A stretch of DNA of 64,000 bases from Acidimicrobiia bacterium (lineage in GTDB: Bacteria; Actinomycetota; Acidimicrobiia; Spongiisociales; Spongiisociaceae). The notes under the pieces were generated by a model. That model ran no database searches. It had not been told where the DNA came from and saw only the letters and a list, made by a program, of their open reading frames with translations. Shown piece by piece: positions 39,204-48,961 of this stretch. Where the stretch lies: the NCBI GenBank assembly GCA_041576165.1, contig JBFGLM010000005.1:32001-96000 (forward strand), in the 5' to 3' direction. A program made the position numbers and the translations under genes. Numbering within the stretch: position 1 is the first letter of the stretch; each line of letters opens with the position of its first letter.

Positions 39204-40022
39204 ATGCCGCCGGGCCCGGCCGACCGCTGGCGGGAGCAGCTCGAAGCGTGGGCGTTGCCGCCGCGACTCCTCGAGCAAGCCGCCGAATCGCCGTATGGAT
39301 GGCCGGCGACGCTGCTTCGGCGGCGCAACGAGGCTGGGTTGGGGTCTGCTCCCGACCCAACCCGGGGCGTGATCGCCGAGCACCTGCCGCCGGCCGGTCT
39401 ATTGGTGGACGTGGGCGCCGGCACGGGGCGAGTTTCGATTGACTTCGCAGGTGCCGGCTATCGGCTGGCGGCGGTCGAGCCCAATGCCGAGATGGCAAAC
39501 GTTCTGCGGCACGAAGCGGCCGAACGGTCGGTCGAGATCGACATCATTGAGCAACCCTGGCCGCAGGCGGCCCATCGGCTGTCGCCGGCCGACGTGGTGG
39601 TCTGCGCCCACGTCGTGTACGACGTGGCGGAGATCGCGCCGTTCGTGGCTGCGCTCGACGGGGCGGCGCCGGTGGTCGTGATCGAGTTGACCTCCCGGCA
39701 TCCTTGGTCTGATCTCGCTCCGCTGTACAAGGCGCTGCACGGTCTTGACCGGCCGGAGGGGCCTACGCTGGAGTTGTTCGTCGACGTCGTCGGTGAGGCG
39801 GTGGGACGTACGCCCGCAGTGATCGAGTGGAAGCGTCCACCGAGCCTGTATTTCGAGTCGTGGACTGAGATCCTCAGTTACTACCGCAAACGGCTGTTGG
39901 TGGGACAGGAACGCGACGCAGAACTCCGAGATCTGCTGGCTCCGCAGGTTGCCTGGTCCGGAGGGCGTGCCACGGTCGGCAGTCCCCGCTCGCTCGCCAC
40001 GGTCTGGTGGAAATCGGCCTGA
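39204..40022 (+). CDS. Class I SAM-dependent methyltransferase
   Basis: LVDVGAGTG, AVEP, ADVVVCAHVVY; starts directly after the upstream stop. Confidence 0.88.
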   Translation: MPPGPADRWREQLEAWALPPRLLEQAAESPYGWPATLLRRRNEAGLGSAPDPTRGVIAEHLPPAGLLVDVGAGTGRVSIDFAGAGYRLAAVEPNAEMANVLRHEAAERSVEIDIIEQPWPQAAHRLSPADVVVCAHVVYDVAEIAPFVAALDGAAPVVVIELTSRHPWSDLAPLYKALHGLDRPEGPTLELFVDVVGEAVGRTPAVIEWKRPPSLYFESWTEILSYYRKRLLVGQERDAELRDLLAPQVAWSGGRATVGSPRSLATVWWKSA

Positions 40023-40072
40023 GTCAGCGGCCTCTTCGGCAATACTTGGGTGCTCGAAATGACGGGGTCTCT

Positions 40073-41671
40073 GTGTTTGTTGTTCGCGATGTGACGATCG
40101 AGGCCGGCGTGCGGACGCTGGTCCGTGACGCGCGTTTCACGGTGCAGGCGGGCGACAAGATGGGCCTGGTGGGTAGAAACGGGGCTGGCAAGACCACGCT
40201 CATGCGGACGCTTGCCGGCGAGCGATCCCCCGTCGCCGGCGTCATCCACAGCGTCGGGCGGGTCGGGTACCTCTCCCAGGAGAGCGAGCTGCCTGCCCTC
40301 GAGCGGCGGGACTTGAGCGCGTTCGAGCGAATCCTGGCGGCGCGAGACATCGGAGCGCTATTACGGCGCATCGAAGAACGGCGCCAGGCAATCGAACGGG
40401 CGACCGGCTCCGAGCGTGACCGACTGATCCGCCAGCATGCTCGACTGCGGGACGAGTTCGAAACCCGCGGCGGTTACGCCGCCGAGGCTGAGGCCAGGGC
40501 TACTGCGGCTGCGCTGGGCATCCGCAACGAAGAGCTCGGCCAGCCGGTCGCGACCATGTCTGGCGGCCAGCGCCGCCGCGTCGAGCTGGCCCGGATCCTG
40601 TTTGCTGAAACCGACACGCTGTTGCTGGACGAGCCCACCAACCACCTGGACCTCGACGCCAAGGCCTGGCTGATGGATTACTTGTCGGCCTATAGAGGAG
40701 GCCTGCTGGTCGTGAGCCACGACCTGCCGCTGCTGGACGAATCGATCACCTCGGTCCTGGCGCTCGACGGCGGACAGGTCGAGATGTACCGGGGCAATTA
40801 CAGCTTCTACCTCGAAGAACGAGAGCGACGTCGCCGCCAACGTGAGAGGGAACGGCGCCAGCAAGAGGAACGGATCGCCCAGCTGGAAGCGACCGTACGC
40901 CGCTTCAAGGGCACGACCGAGAAGATGGCGAAACGGGCCAAGGCGATGCAGACGCGGGCCGACAAGATGAAAGCCAACGTCACCCAGATCGGGCCCCGTG
41001 ATCGACGGGTCGCCGTTCGGTTTCCGCAGCCCCCTCCGTCCGGCAAGACCCCGCTGGAGGCAACCGGCCTAGCCAAGGCATTTGGCGAGAACCTCGTCTT
41101 CGTCGATGTCGACGTGGTAGTCGATCGGGGAGAGCGGGTCCTGATCATGGGTCTGAACGGAGCGGGCAAGACCACGTTGCTGCGCATTCTGGCTGGAATC
41201 ACCAGCCCCGATCTCGGGGAGGTTTCCCTCGGCCACAATGTGTCACTCGGGTACTACGCCCAGGAGCACGAATCGATCCGGGCCGGGATGTCTGTGCTGG
41301 ACCACCTGCGAGCGGTTTCCGACCAGCCGGATCAGGTGCTGCGTTCCGTGCTCGGGCATTTCCTGCTGGCCGACAAGGTCGCCCAGGACGCCGGCACGCT
41401 GTCGGGCGGGGAGAAGACCAAAACGGCGCTGGCCCAGCTCGTTGTGTCCCGGCCCAATGTCCTGTTGCTGGATGAGCCGACCAACAACCTCGACCCCCAG
41501 GCCAAAGAAGCGTTGTTGGGTGCCCTGCACTCCTACACGGGTACGATCGTCCTCGTCAGTCACGACACTGAGTTCGTCGCGGACCTGGTGCCCGATCGGG
41601 CGATCATGATGCCCGAGGGCGAATCGCACTACTTCGACGAGACGATGCTGGATCTGGTGGCGCTCGCTTGA
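40073..41671 (+). CDS. ABC-F family ATPase
   Basis: Two NBDs (GRNGAGKT, MSGGQ, LLLDEPTNHLD; GLNGAGKT, LSGGE, LLLDEPTNNLD), no TM segments. Confidence 0.95.
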   Translation: MFVVRDVTIEAGVRTLVRDARFTVQAGDKMGLVGRNGAGKTTLMRTLAGERSPVAGVIHSVGRVGYLSQESELPALERRDLSAFERILAARDIGALLRRIEERRQAIERATGSERDRLIRQHARLRDEFETRGGYAAEAEARATAAALGIRNEELGQPVATMSGGQRRRVELARILFAETDTLLLDEPTNHLDLDAKAWLMDYLSAYRGGLLVVSHDLPLLDESITSVLALDGGQVEMYRGNYSFYLEERERRRRQRERERRQQEERIAQLEATVRRFKGTTEKMAKRAKAMQTRADKMKANVTQIGPRDRRVAVRFPQPPPSGKTPLEATGLAKAFGENLVFVDVDVVVDRGERVLIMGLNGAGKTTLLRILAGITSPDLGEVSLGHNVSLGYYAQEHESIRAGMSVLDHLRAVSDQPDQVLRSVLGHFLLADKVAQDAGTLSGGEKTKTALAQLVVSRPNVLLLDEPTNNLDPQAKEALLGALHSYTGTIVLVSHDTEFVADLVPDRAIMMPEGESHYFDETMLDLVALA

Positions 41672-41718
41672 GACGAGCCGCCGGCCGTTGTTCGTGCTAG
41701 ATCTTGCTCCCGGCAGCC

Positions 41719-43851
41719 TCACGGGCGCCGTTTGTCGTCCGGTTTGGGCGTCTTCTCACGGCTCACGTCGAGTTCGATCTGAGTGGAGACCTCATCCCAC
41801 CGGCGAACATTGAGATCTTGATCGGCAGGCTTGCTGGGTTCGCCGAGATAAAAACCCTGACCGGCGTGGATGCCGAGGCGCTTGACTTCCTCGAGCTGTT
41901 CTCGGGTCTCGATGCCTTCCGCGATGATCGTGGCCTCGATGCGCGACGCCGTGGCAACGACACCGTTGATGATGGCGAGGTTGGCGGGCTCGTCGATGGC
42001 TTCGATCAGCGACATGTCGAGCTTGACGATCTGAGGCTTCAGACGCACCACGTGCCACATGTCCATCTCGCCGGTGCCGACATCGTCGAGCGCCAGCCGG
42101 TAACCGCGTTCTACCAGCTGCTCTACTGCGGCGCAGGTCCGTTCGTAGTTGGCGACGGTGGCATCTTCGGACAGTTCAAACACGACTTGCTTGGGATCCA
42201 GCCCGCCGCACGCGTCAAGCAGCTCGCTCGACAACAGCGTGTCGGTTGAGACGTTCAGCGCCAGGTACGTTCCGCTCACGAGGTTGCCGGCCGCACCGAC
42301 CGCCTTGCGAATGGTCGCCAGCTCGAAATCGACGATCATGCCGGATCGCTCCGCCGCTTTCAGCCAGTCCGCCGGCTGACCGTGTCGGAAGCGGCTCAGG
42401 GCCTCGAAACCCTCCACCGTCTTGAACTCGTCACCCGTCAACATGAAGATCGGTTGGAGGACGACCTCGAAATCGTCCTGCTCGAGCACATCGAAGAGAT
42501 CGGCGGTCGACACCTCGCCCGACTGCGCCATTCGGGTCGGGTCGCCCTCACCCACCGCGGCCGGCAGGGTGAGCCGGAACACCGAGAATGTCGAGTCGCG
42601 CCGCTCATACTCGAGCGATCCGTGCATCAACTGGGCGAGGCGTTCCGAGAGGCGCAGACCTACGCCGACCTTCAGGTCGTTGCGATCAGCCTCGGCGGCG
42701 CGCACCCCCTCCGACGCCAGCACCTCGGTCAGCATGTCGGCCGGCAGGCCGGGCCCGTCGTCTGCTACTTCGACCCATGAGCATTCATCGTCGCGGCCGA
42801 TTGTGATCGTCACGAACTCGTCGCGATGTTCCCGGGCGTTGGCGATCAAGTGGCGAAGGATCTGCCGCAGGCGCTTGGGATCGGCCGATGCTTCGGCGTA
42901 ACCCGCTACGGACACGTAGTCGACATGCTGCATTTCGAGCCCGGTCAGTACCGTTTCGGTGATCCGGCGCAGATCACAGTCGGCAACCTCGACGTCCACG
43001 TCCTGGTCATCCGCCCGCGACACCACCCGCAGGTCTTCCATCAGATAGCCGAGGTCGGTGGCCTGCTCTGCGATGGTTTCAATCATGTCGTTTCTCTGGC
43101 GGGCATTGAACCGGTGGCGTTCACTCCGCAGTGTCTCGGCGAATCCGAGCACCGATGTCATCGGGGTACGGAGATGGTGGAGCACCGCGTTCACGAACTG
43201 CGTCTTGGATGCTTGTACTGCGCGTTCGGTCTCCAGCTCGGCTTCCAGCCGGAGCCGCTCGGCCATGCGGCGCTGGTTCCAGCGAATTGCCAGTATCGCG
43301 ATGCCCGGCAGTATGACGGCGACCAGCCAGCGCGCCGCCACAGCCACTCGTCCCGCCTGCGTCGCCGAGGCGCTGATTTGCTCAGCGCGGTTGACCCGCT
43401 CGCCGTCGGCCATCTCGACCACCTTGCGCAGCTGCTGGGAGGCGAATGGTGATGCCGTGACCGAGCCGACGCTCAACTGTTCGATGGCCTGATCGAGCGC
43501 CTCGCCCGCTTTGATGGCCTTGATGGCCGCGCCGCGTCCGGAGACTGCCTGCAAATCCGCCACCGCGTCCGCGTATTGGGCGCGAGCGACTTTCACCTCT
43601 TCGAGTGCGGCGGCCGCGTCGGCCGGGTCGGCTTGACCGGCAGCGACCTGGGTAGCGAGAAAGTCGGCCTGGCTGAGCAGGGCATCGGCCGTCCAGGCGA
43701 ACACCAGCACTTCATTGGCCTTGAGCTGCACATCGGCATCCTCTGCGATGGCGATCCGCGCCATGGAGGTGGCCAGCAGGCTCGCCGCAAGGACAAGAGC
43801 GACGCCGAGGGCGAACCCCCCGAGCACGCGCCAGCGGGCGTCGCGCCTCAC
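41719..43851 (-). CDS. Membrane sensor histidine kinase fused to an EAL phosphodiesterase domain
   Basis: 2 TM; HHLRTPMT, LIANA, DDGPGL, GVGL; EALSRF, ELSE, LDDVGTG, KLD, AEGIET, QGFY. Confidence 0.9.
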   Translation of the reverse strand: MRRDARWRVLGGFALGVALVLAASLLATSMARIAIAEDADVQLKANEVLVFAWTADALLSQADFLATQVAAGQADPADAAAALEEVKVARAQYADAVADLQAVSGRGAAIKAIKAGEALDQAIEQLSVGSVTASPFASQQLRKVVEMADGERVNRAEQISASATQAGRVAVAARWLVAVILPGIAILAIRWNQRRMAERLRLEAELETERAVQASKTQFVNAVLHHLRTPMTSVLGFAETLRSERHRFNARQRNDMIETIAEQATDLGYLMEDLRVVSRADDQDVDVEVADCDLRRITETVLTGLEMQHVDYVSVAGYAEASADPKRLRQILRHLIANAREHRDEFVTITIGRDDECSWVEVADDGPGLPADMLTEVLASEGVRAAEADRNDLKVGVGLRLSERLAQLMHGSLEYERRDSTFSVFRLTLPAAVGEGDPTRMAQSGEVSTADLFDVLEQDDFEVVLQPIFMLTGDEFKTVEGFEALSRFRHGQPADWLKAAERSGMIVDFELATIRKAVGAAGNLVSGTYLALNVSTDTLLSSELLDACGGLDPKQVVFELSEDATVANYERTCAAVEQLVERGYRLALDDVGTGEMDMWHVVRLKPQIVKLDMSLIEAIDEPANLAIINGVVATASRIEATIIAEGIETREQLEEVKRLGIHAGQGFYLGEPSKPADQDLNVRRWDEVSTQIELDVSREKTPKPDDKRRP

Positions 43852-44954
43852 GTCCGCCCCGTCAGAACTGCGGCCCTAAAGCGTTTCCGCACTGCCCTCC
43901 AATCGATGATGAAGGGGATCACGATAACCAGGGCCCAGATAGTGGCCGCGCCCGTGTCCTGTATGGCGCCGGCGATCACTCCGATGATCACGAAGGGGCT
44001 GACGACCAGGTCTTTGAGGGCCCGGGGAATCGCTTCGGCCAGGTCGCGAAGCGAAAAGGCCTGGACCGGGTCAATTGACACCGATCGGAGGACCCGCGGA
44101 GGCTCCAGTGCGGCCACGAGCGGCCGCGGCGCCTCCGGCGCCTCTGGAGCCACGGCAGCCGCGGCCTGAGCCGGCGCCGCCGGCGGCTCTTCCTCCGGCG
44201 CTATGGGTGGCGCAGCCAGCACTGTCTCGCGCAAATCCTCGTCGGCAGCAGCTGTCAACGGCACGGTGGTCGTGGTGATGTCCACCTCCGGTACCGGGCC
44301 CGAATTCACCGACGTGGTCGGCGTTTCGGCGGCGGTGGTCGAAGTCACCGGCTGGGTGGCGGGGGGTGGAGGTGGCGGCGGCTGGGTCGTGACCGGAGGC
44401 GGAGTCGTCACCGGGGGTTGGGTGGTGGGCGGCGGAGGGGCGGTGGTTGTCGTGGTCGGCAGCGTGGTGGTCGTAGGCGGAGGCGGCGGCGGCGGAGCCG
44501 TGGGGTCGGTCGTCGTGGTCGTGCCTTCGGGCGCCGTGGTAGTCGTTGTCGTGGGTGGAGCAGCTTGCACCGTCAGCGAGAACGTCGCGAAGTCCGAGGT
44601 CCCTCCCGCTACCTGCGGTGTCTCCGACAGATCGATGACATACGTACCAGCCGGCGTGTCATAGGCGACCGAAACCGAGACGGTGGCGCTCCAAGAGCCG
44701 GCACCTGAGATGCAACGCGGTGAGACTCCCAGCGTGATCATGCCGGTGGGCGAGATGGCGCCCAGACACGAATCGGACCCGGACAGGTTGACTCGGAAAG
44801 ATGTCGAGTTACCCGCGACAACCGTGCCCGACGACGGGCTGACGGAAGTGATGGTGGCATTGACCGGTGATACGACCGCCATCACGAGCAACAGGACGAA
44901 TGCAATCGTCACGGCTCCAACAAGGCGCGTCCCCAACGCCCGCCGCTGTTCCAT
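43848..44954 (-). CDS. Exported Pro/Thr-rich protein with Ig-like N-terminal domain and C-terminal membrane anchor
   Basis: Signal peptide ending PVNA, beta domain (TPAGTYVIDL), long PT linker, hydrophobic C-terminus. Confidence 0.8.
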   Translation of the reverse strand: MEQRRALGTRLVGAVTIAFVLLLVMAVVSPVNATITSVSPSSGTVVAGNSTSFRVNLSGSDSCLGAISPTGMITLGVSPRCISGAGSWSATVSVSVAYDTPAGTYVIDLSETPQVAGGTSDFATFSLTVQAAPPTTTTTTAPEGTTTTTDPTAPPPPPPPTTTTLPTTTTTAPPPPTTQPPVTTPPPVTTQPPPPPPPATQPVTSTTAAETPTTSVNSGPVPEVDITTTTVPLTAAADEDLRETVLAAPPIAPEEEPPAAPAQAAAAVAPEAPEAPRPLVAALEPPRVLRSVSIDPVQAFSLRDLAEAIPRALKDLVVSPFVIIGVIAGAIQDTGAATIWALVIVIPFIIDWRAVRKRFRAAVLTGRT

Positions 44955-45081
44955 TCTCGTCGCTCCGTGATCGGGGTCGAGCCTCCCAGCCACGATCCCC
45001 CCAGACCAATGGCCTGGTAGTCCATGGGAGGATACGCGCGCGACGGGCGTTTGGACAATGGAGGCTCCGCCGGGCCTGGTC

Positions 45082-47271
45082 TCAGCTCGACCCGGCTCCG
45101 GCGAGTTTCGCCATCCAGCCGGCGGGATCGAGGCTGTGGGAGATGTTGACCTTTCCCACGCTGGGCCCCGTGCAGCTGTAGACCATCGTCCACGGCTCGA
45201 CCGCCGCGCAATGCTCGGGATCAGCCAGCGCACTGGCCAGATTCATGTAGAAGCCGGGTTGTATGTAGTGCTGGGTGGCGTTGGCGTCGGTGGCGTTCAC
45301 CAGCCGTTCTCCGTACGGATCCGTGTAGAAGGTGCCCGTACGCAGCGCCAGAGCATGGTTGAACGTGAACCCCTCATCGCTCCGGATGTTGTCCATCTCG
45401 CGCTTGGTCGAGGTTTGGTCCCGGTCCGGAGCATGGAACGTCACCGTGTCACAGGTGAGGTTGGTGCAGAAGGTGAACGGGTCCCGAATGTCGAACTGAT
45501 GCTTGAACACCATGCCTAGATTCGACGCCGCCACGGTCTCGTTCGATTTCCACTGCTCGTAGTCGGTGGAGTCCGCCGTCGTGCGGATGCTCTTCTCGAA
45601 GCCGTTGGGGATGCTCTCGGCCAGTTCGTTCATGTCGTAACCACAATTGGTCGGGGTGATCAGCGGATCGCCATCCCGGTCCGCCGCCTCGGACACCCCA
45701 AAATCGGCCTTGAAGCCCGTCCGGAACACCTCATCCCCCGAGGCCGTATACACCATCACATACACGGTGTGCAGCTGCGCGCACACCCGCCGCACCGAGG
45801 CCGTGCTCACGTGGTCGATGAAGCGGACATACGACCCACCGGTTGTCTGAAAGATCGTCTCCTTGAAGCCCATATCCGGCTCGTCCTGGGGCACCTTGTC
45901 GGCGACGTACTGGTACCCGACGAAGGGCGCACCAGGAATGATCCTGGGATCCGAGCCGTGTTCATGGCCGAAGTAGCACCAGTAGGTCGGATCGATCTGA
46001 GGATGCCAAGTGCCGTACGTCTCTCCGTCCCATGCCACAGTCGTGTAGGAGTCGTGGACCCACACGGGACACAGCTGGTTGGGAATCGGAGTTTCCAGGC
46101 CAGCGGGAACCGGCGGCCTGGCGGTGGGCGTCCCGTTCGATTCCGCCAGCAGCACCACGTAGACCTGCGATCCATCGCCGTCGGGGCTCGGGCCCGGCAG
46201 CGAGTGCCACCCGTACCCGAGCGTCTTCTCGTACACGTTGAGCACGTCCCCGTCGATGGCCACAGTCCCCGCCAGCGACCAGCTGGAAAGCCAGGCCGGT
46301 TTGGGATCCCAGCGCTCCCGCCAGACGAGTGCCACCCTGGCCGAGCGGGTCAGGAAGAAGTGGAAGAAGTCGGAATCGGTGCGGTCACTCCACTGGCTGG
46401 CCGGAAGCAGCACGTCCCATCCTGCGTAGTCGTTGGCGTTGGTCACCAGGTCGTCGGCATCCTCCCCGACGGAGAACCCGGCCGCGAACTGACGCGGGTG
46501 GTAGTAGACGTCATCGACCTCATAGCGCTTGATGTCAGATCGAGTCGGATCCCACTGGTAGAAGCGCTCTACCAGGGCCCGAATTGGATACGGCGGCGTG
46601 AGTTCGGCGAGCCCCATCCCGCGTCCCAGAAATGACGCCATCTGGTCGCGGAGGACCGGCTTGGCCGGGCAGTACGCAGCGGCGCCACATCCGAGGGTGA
46701 TCCCGGCGTCTGCCACCTTGTTGATGTTCGTCTCGTGTGGGTTTCCGTCATCGTCGGTGAAATGGTCGGTGGAGCCTCCGCCCAGTTGGAAAGCCCGGGC
46801 GAGGAAGGAGGCCATCTCGGCCCGCGTGACCGAGTCAAACGGGCAATAGCTCTTGCCGCCGCAGCCGAGGGTGATCCCGGCGTCTGCCAGCTTGTTGATG
46901 TTGGCCTCGTGGGCCGTCCCGTCGTCATCGGTGAAATGGTCGGTGGTCGAAGTGGGCAGCTCGAGCGCCCGCGCGATGAACGACGCCATCTGCTCCCGTG
47001 ACACTTCTGCACTCGGGCAGTAGGTTTCATAGTCGCAGCCGAGCGTCACTCCCTGTGCAGCTATGGCCTCGATGTACCCCTCGTGAACGCTGAGATCCTC
47101 GTCGACGAAGGTACCCCCGGGCGGCAGGCTTTGCGCATTGGATGCCTGGCCGGCGAACAGGACGAGCAGCATCACGCCCGCGGTGATGGCGGCCACCGTC
47201 ATCACTCGCAGAGTAGATCCGGTCCCGGCTCCTGGCGCGGCGGCCCTGACGCGAAAAAGCGGCTCCCTCAA
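45082..47271 (-). CDS. Secreted protein with three SLH repeats and an uncharacterised C-terminal domain; start may be 47202
   Basis: Signal peptide; repeated F.D.D...HE..I..GITLGC..YCP...R.QMASF; WHPQ..CYFGHEHGSDP. Confidence 0.88.
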   Translation of the reverse strand: MREPLFRVRAAAPGAGTGSTLRVMTVAAITAGVMLLVLFAGQASNAQSLPPGGTFVDEDLSVHEGYIEAIAAQGVTLGCDYETYCPSAEVSREQMASFIARALELPTSTTDHFTDDDGTAHEANINKLADAGITLGCGGKSYCPFDSVTRAEMASFLARAFQLGGGSTDHFTDDDGNPHETNINKVADAGITLGCGAAAYCPAKPVLRDQMASFLGRGMGLAELTPPYPIRALVERFYQWDPTRSDIKRYEVDDVYYHPRQFAAGFSVGEDADDLVTNANDYAGWDVLLPASQWSDRTDSDFFHFFLTRSARVALVWRERWDPKPAWLSSWSLAGTVAIDGDVLNVYEKTLGYGWHSLPGPSPDGDGSQVYVVLLAESNGTPTARPPVPAGLETPIPNQLCPVWVHDSYTTVAWDGETYGTWHPQIDPTYWCYFGHEHGSDPRIIPGAPFVGYQYVADKVPQDEPDMGFKETIFQTTGGSYVRFIDHVSTASVRRVCAQLHTVYVMVYTASGDEVFRTGFKADFGVSEAADRDGDPLITPTNCGYDMNELAESIPNGFEKSIRTTADSTDYEQWKSNETVAASNLGMVFKHQFDIRDPFTFCTNLTCDTVTFHAPDRDQTSTKREMDNIRSDEGFTFNHALALRTGTFYTDPYGERLVNATDANATQHYIQPGFYMNLASALADPEHCAAVEPWTMVYSCTGPSVGKVNISHSLDPAGWMAKLAGAGSS
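46600..47110 (-). repeat. Intragenic tandem SLH repeats (~174-bp period)
   Basis: Near-identical blocks at ~46692-46772 and ~46865-46946. Confidence 0.8.
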
Positions 47272-47491
47272 GATTCCCTCCTCGTGAGGTACTTCCTGTC
47301 GGTTCCGCCGCCCGGAAATGTATCAGATTTGTGGTCAAACAACAACACCGGGTGCGATTCTGTCTCAACCGAGACGATTCGCCGACCAGAAATGCCTCAA
47401 CGAAGCGCGAACAATGGTCGATTCACTCCAAAGAAGGGTCTTGCGGGCGTTGTGGGGGGCATGAGTGCGCAGCGACGATTCGAGCTCGGCG

Positions 47492-48919
47492 ATGGAAACT
47501 GAAAACGTGGACCATCCGGTGACCGGCCGACCGGCGGACTCCGGTTTGACGGCTACTACCTCTACCGAGGTTGATTTGCGCGCGGGACGCCCCGTTGTCC
47601 GGTTCACCTCCGACGGATCCGACGCCGACGAACTGGCCTACTGGGCGACGCACGACCGGCTCACTCGCCTCGCCAACCGCGACCTGTTCCGGACCGAGCT
47701 CGTGCGCGCCATGGCCCTCAGCCAGCGCGCGAGAGACGCGCTGGCAGTTCTGTTCATAGACCTCGACCGATTCAAGCAGGTGAACGACGTGTTCGGGCAT
47801 GAGGTGGGTGACCGGGTGCTGGTCCAGGTGGCCGAGCGGATCGTGCGGGTGTCGCGTCCGGCCGACACGGTGGGTCGGTTCGGCGGCGACGAGTTCGTGG
47901 TGCTGTGTAACGACATCCGCGAAGTCGGCCGGGCGTGGTCGATCGCCCAGCGAATCGCATCCGAAATAGACCGCCCGTTCCAGGTTGGAGAGCTGGAGCT
48001 GTCGATCGGGTGCAGCATCGGGATCGCCCTTGCCGAGGACACCCTCGCCCCCGACGAACTGATGCGACGAGCCGATCAAGCCATGTATCGAGCCAAGAGC
48101 GAGCGCACTGAGGTGGCGGCCTATTCCGGCGATCGGGCGCCTCGTCGGATCGGCTCGGAGACGTCCGAATGTCTGCTGACGGCGGCTCTGGCCGGCGACG
48201 TTGAACTGCGCTACCAGCCCATCGTGGGTCTGCGCGACCGTCAGATGCTTGCCTTGCGAGCATCAATCGCTTGGAGCAATGCGGCGGATTCTTCAGCTCC
48301 CGCCGGCGATCTCATGGCCACGGTTGCGGACAGTTCGACAGTTCGGGAGCTCGGCCGCTGGGCGCTCGAACGTTCCCTGTGCGACCTCGCAACTTTCACG
48401 CGGCTGGGCCTCAACCCCGATGTGGGTGTGATGGTCTCGCTCACCGCCCAGCAGGCGCTGGACGGCGGTCTGAGCGACGCGGCTCGCCAGGCCATCGAAC
48501 GAGCGTCGATCGAGCCGGGCCGGCTCATTCTCGGGGTCGCCGAGTCCATCCTGTCCGACGTTCTGGATCCGTCGAACCGGCAGCGATTCGCCCCGGTCGG
48601 AAACCGATTCGCGATCGAATCGTTCGGTGTGTCCGGCTCATCGCTGCTGCAGCTCGGAGATCTCGGCGCCGCCTATTTGACCATTGACCAACGATTTGTC
48701 TCCGGCCTGAGCCGAACGCCGCATCTGGCCAAGGTGATCGGTGCGATGACACAACTTGCTGGAGCTTTCGGAATGAAGGCCATAGCGGCGGGAGCCGAGT
48801 CGGAAGCAGACCTTGCGTCCTTGCGTCGGCTCGGCTGCGCGGCCGCGTACGGCCATTGTGTGAGCCCGGCCCTTCCGGCCGACCAAATCAACGGCCTGGT
48901 GGCCAGCGGAGCGGCTTGA
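47492..48919 (+). CDS. Diguanylate cyclase (GGDEF) with degenerate EAL domain
   Basis: HDRLTRLANR, DLDRFKQVNDVFGH, RPAD I-site, GGDEF; EAL part lacks the EAL, DDFGTG and EGVE motifs. Confidence 0.9.
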   Translation: METENVDHPVTGRPADSGLTATTSTEVDLRAGRPVVRFTSDGSDADELAYWATHDRLTRLANRDLFRTELVRAMALSQRARDALAVLFIDLDRFKQVNDVFGHEVGDRVLVQVAERIVRVSRPADTVGRFGGDEFVVLCNDIREVGRAWSIAQRIASEIDRPFQVGELELSIGCSIGIALAEDTLAPDELMRRADQAMYRAKSERTEVAAYSGDRAPRRIGSETSECLLTAALAGDVELRYQPIVGLRDRQMLALRASIAWSNAADSSAPAGDLMATVADSSTVRELGRWALERSLCDLATFTRLGLNPDVGVMVSLTAQQALDGGLSDAARQAIERASIEPGRLILGVAESILSDVLDPSNRQRFAPVGNRFAIESFGVSGSSLLQLGDLGAAYLTIDQRFVSGLSRTPHLAKVIGAMTQLAGAFGMKAIAAGAESEADLASLRRLGCAAAYGHCVSPALPADQINGLVASGAA

Positions 48920-48961
48920 ACCGCCGGTCGTCTCGGCCCGTCTCCGCCCGAAAACCCTAGA

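Noticed and set aside
44330-44560. Low-complexity GTC/GGC/GGT repeats
   Set aside because: Explained by the Pro/Thr linker of the surface protein; the same applies to 55140-55245
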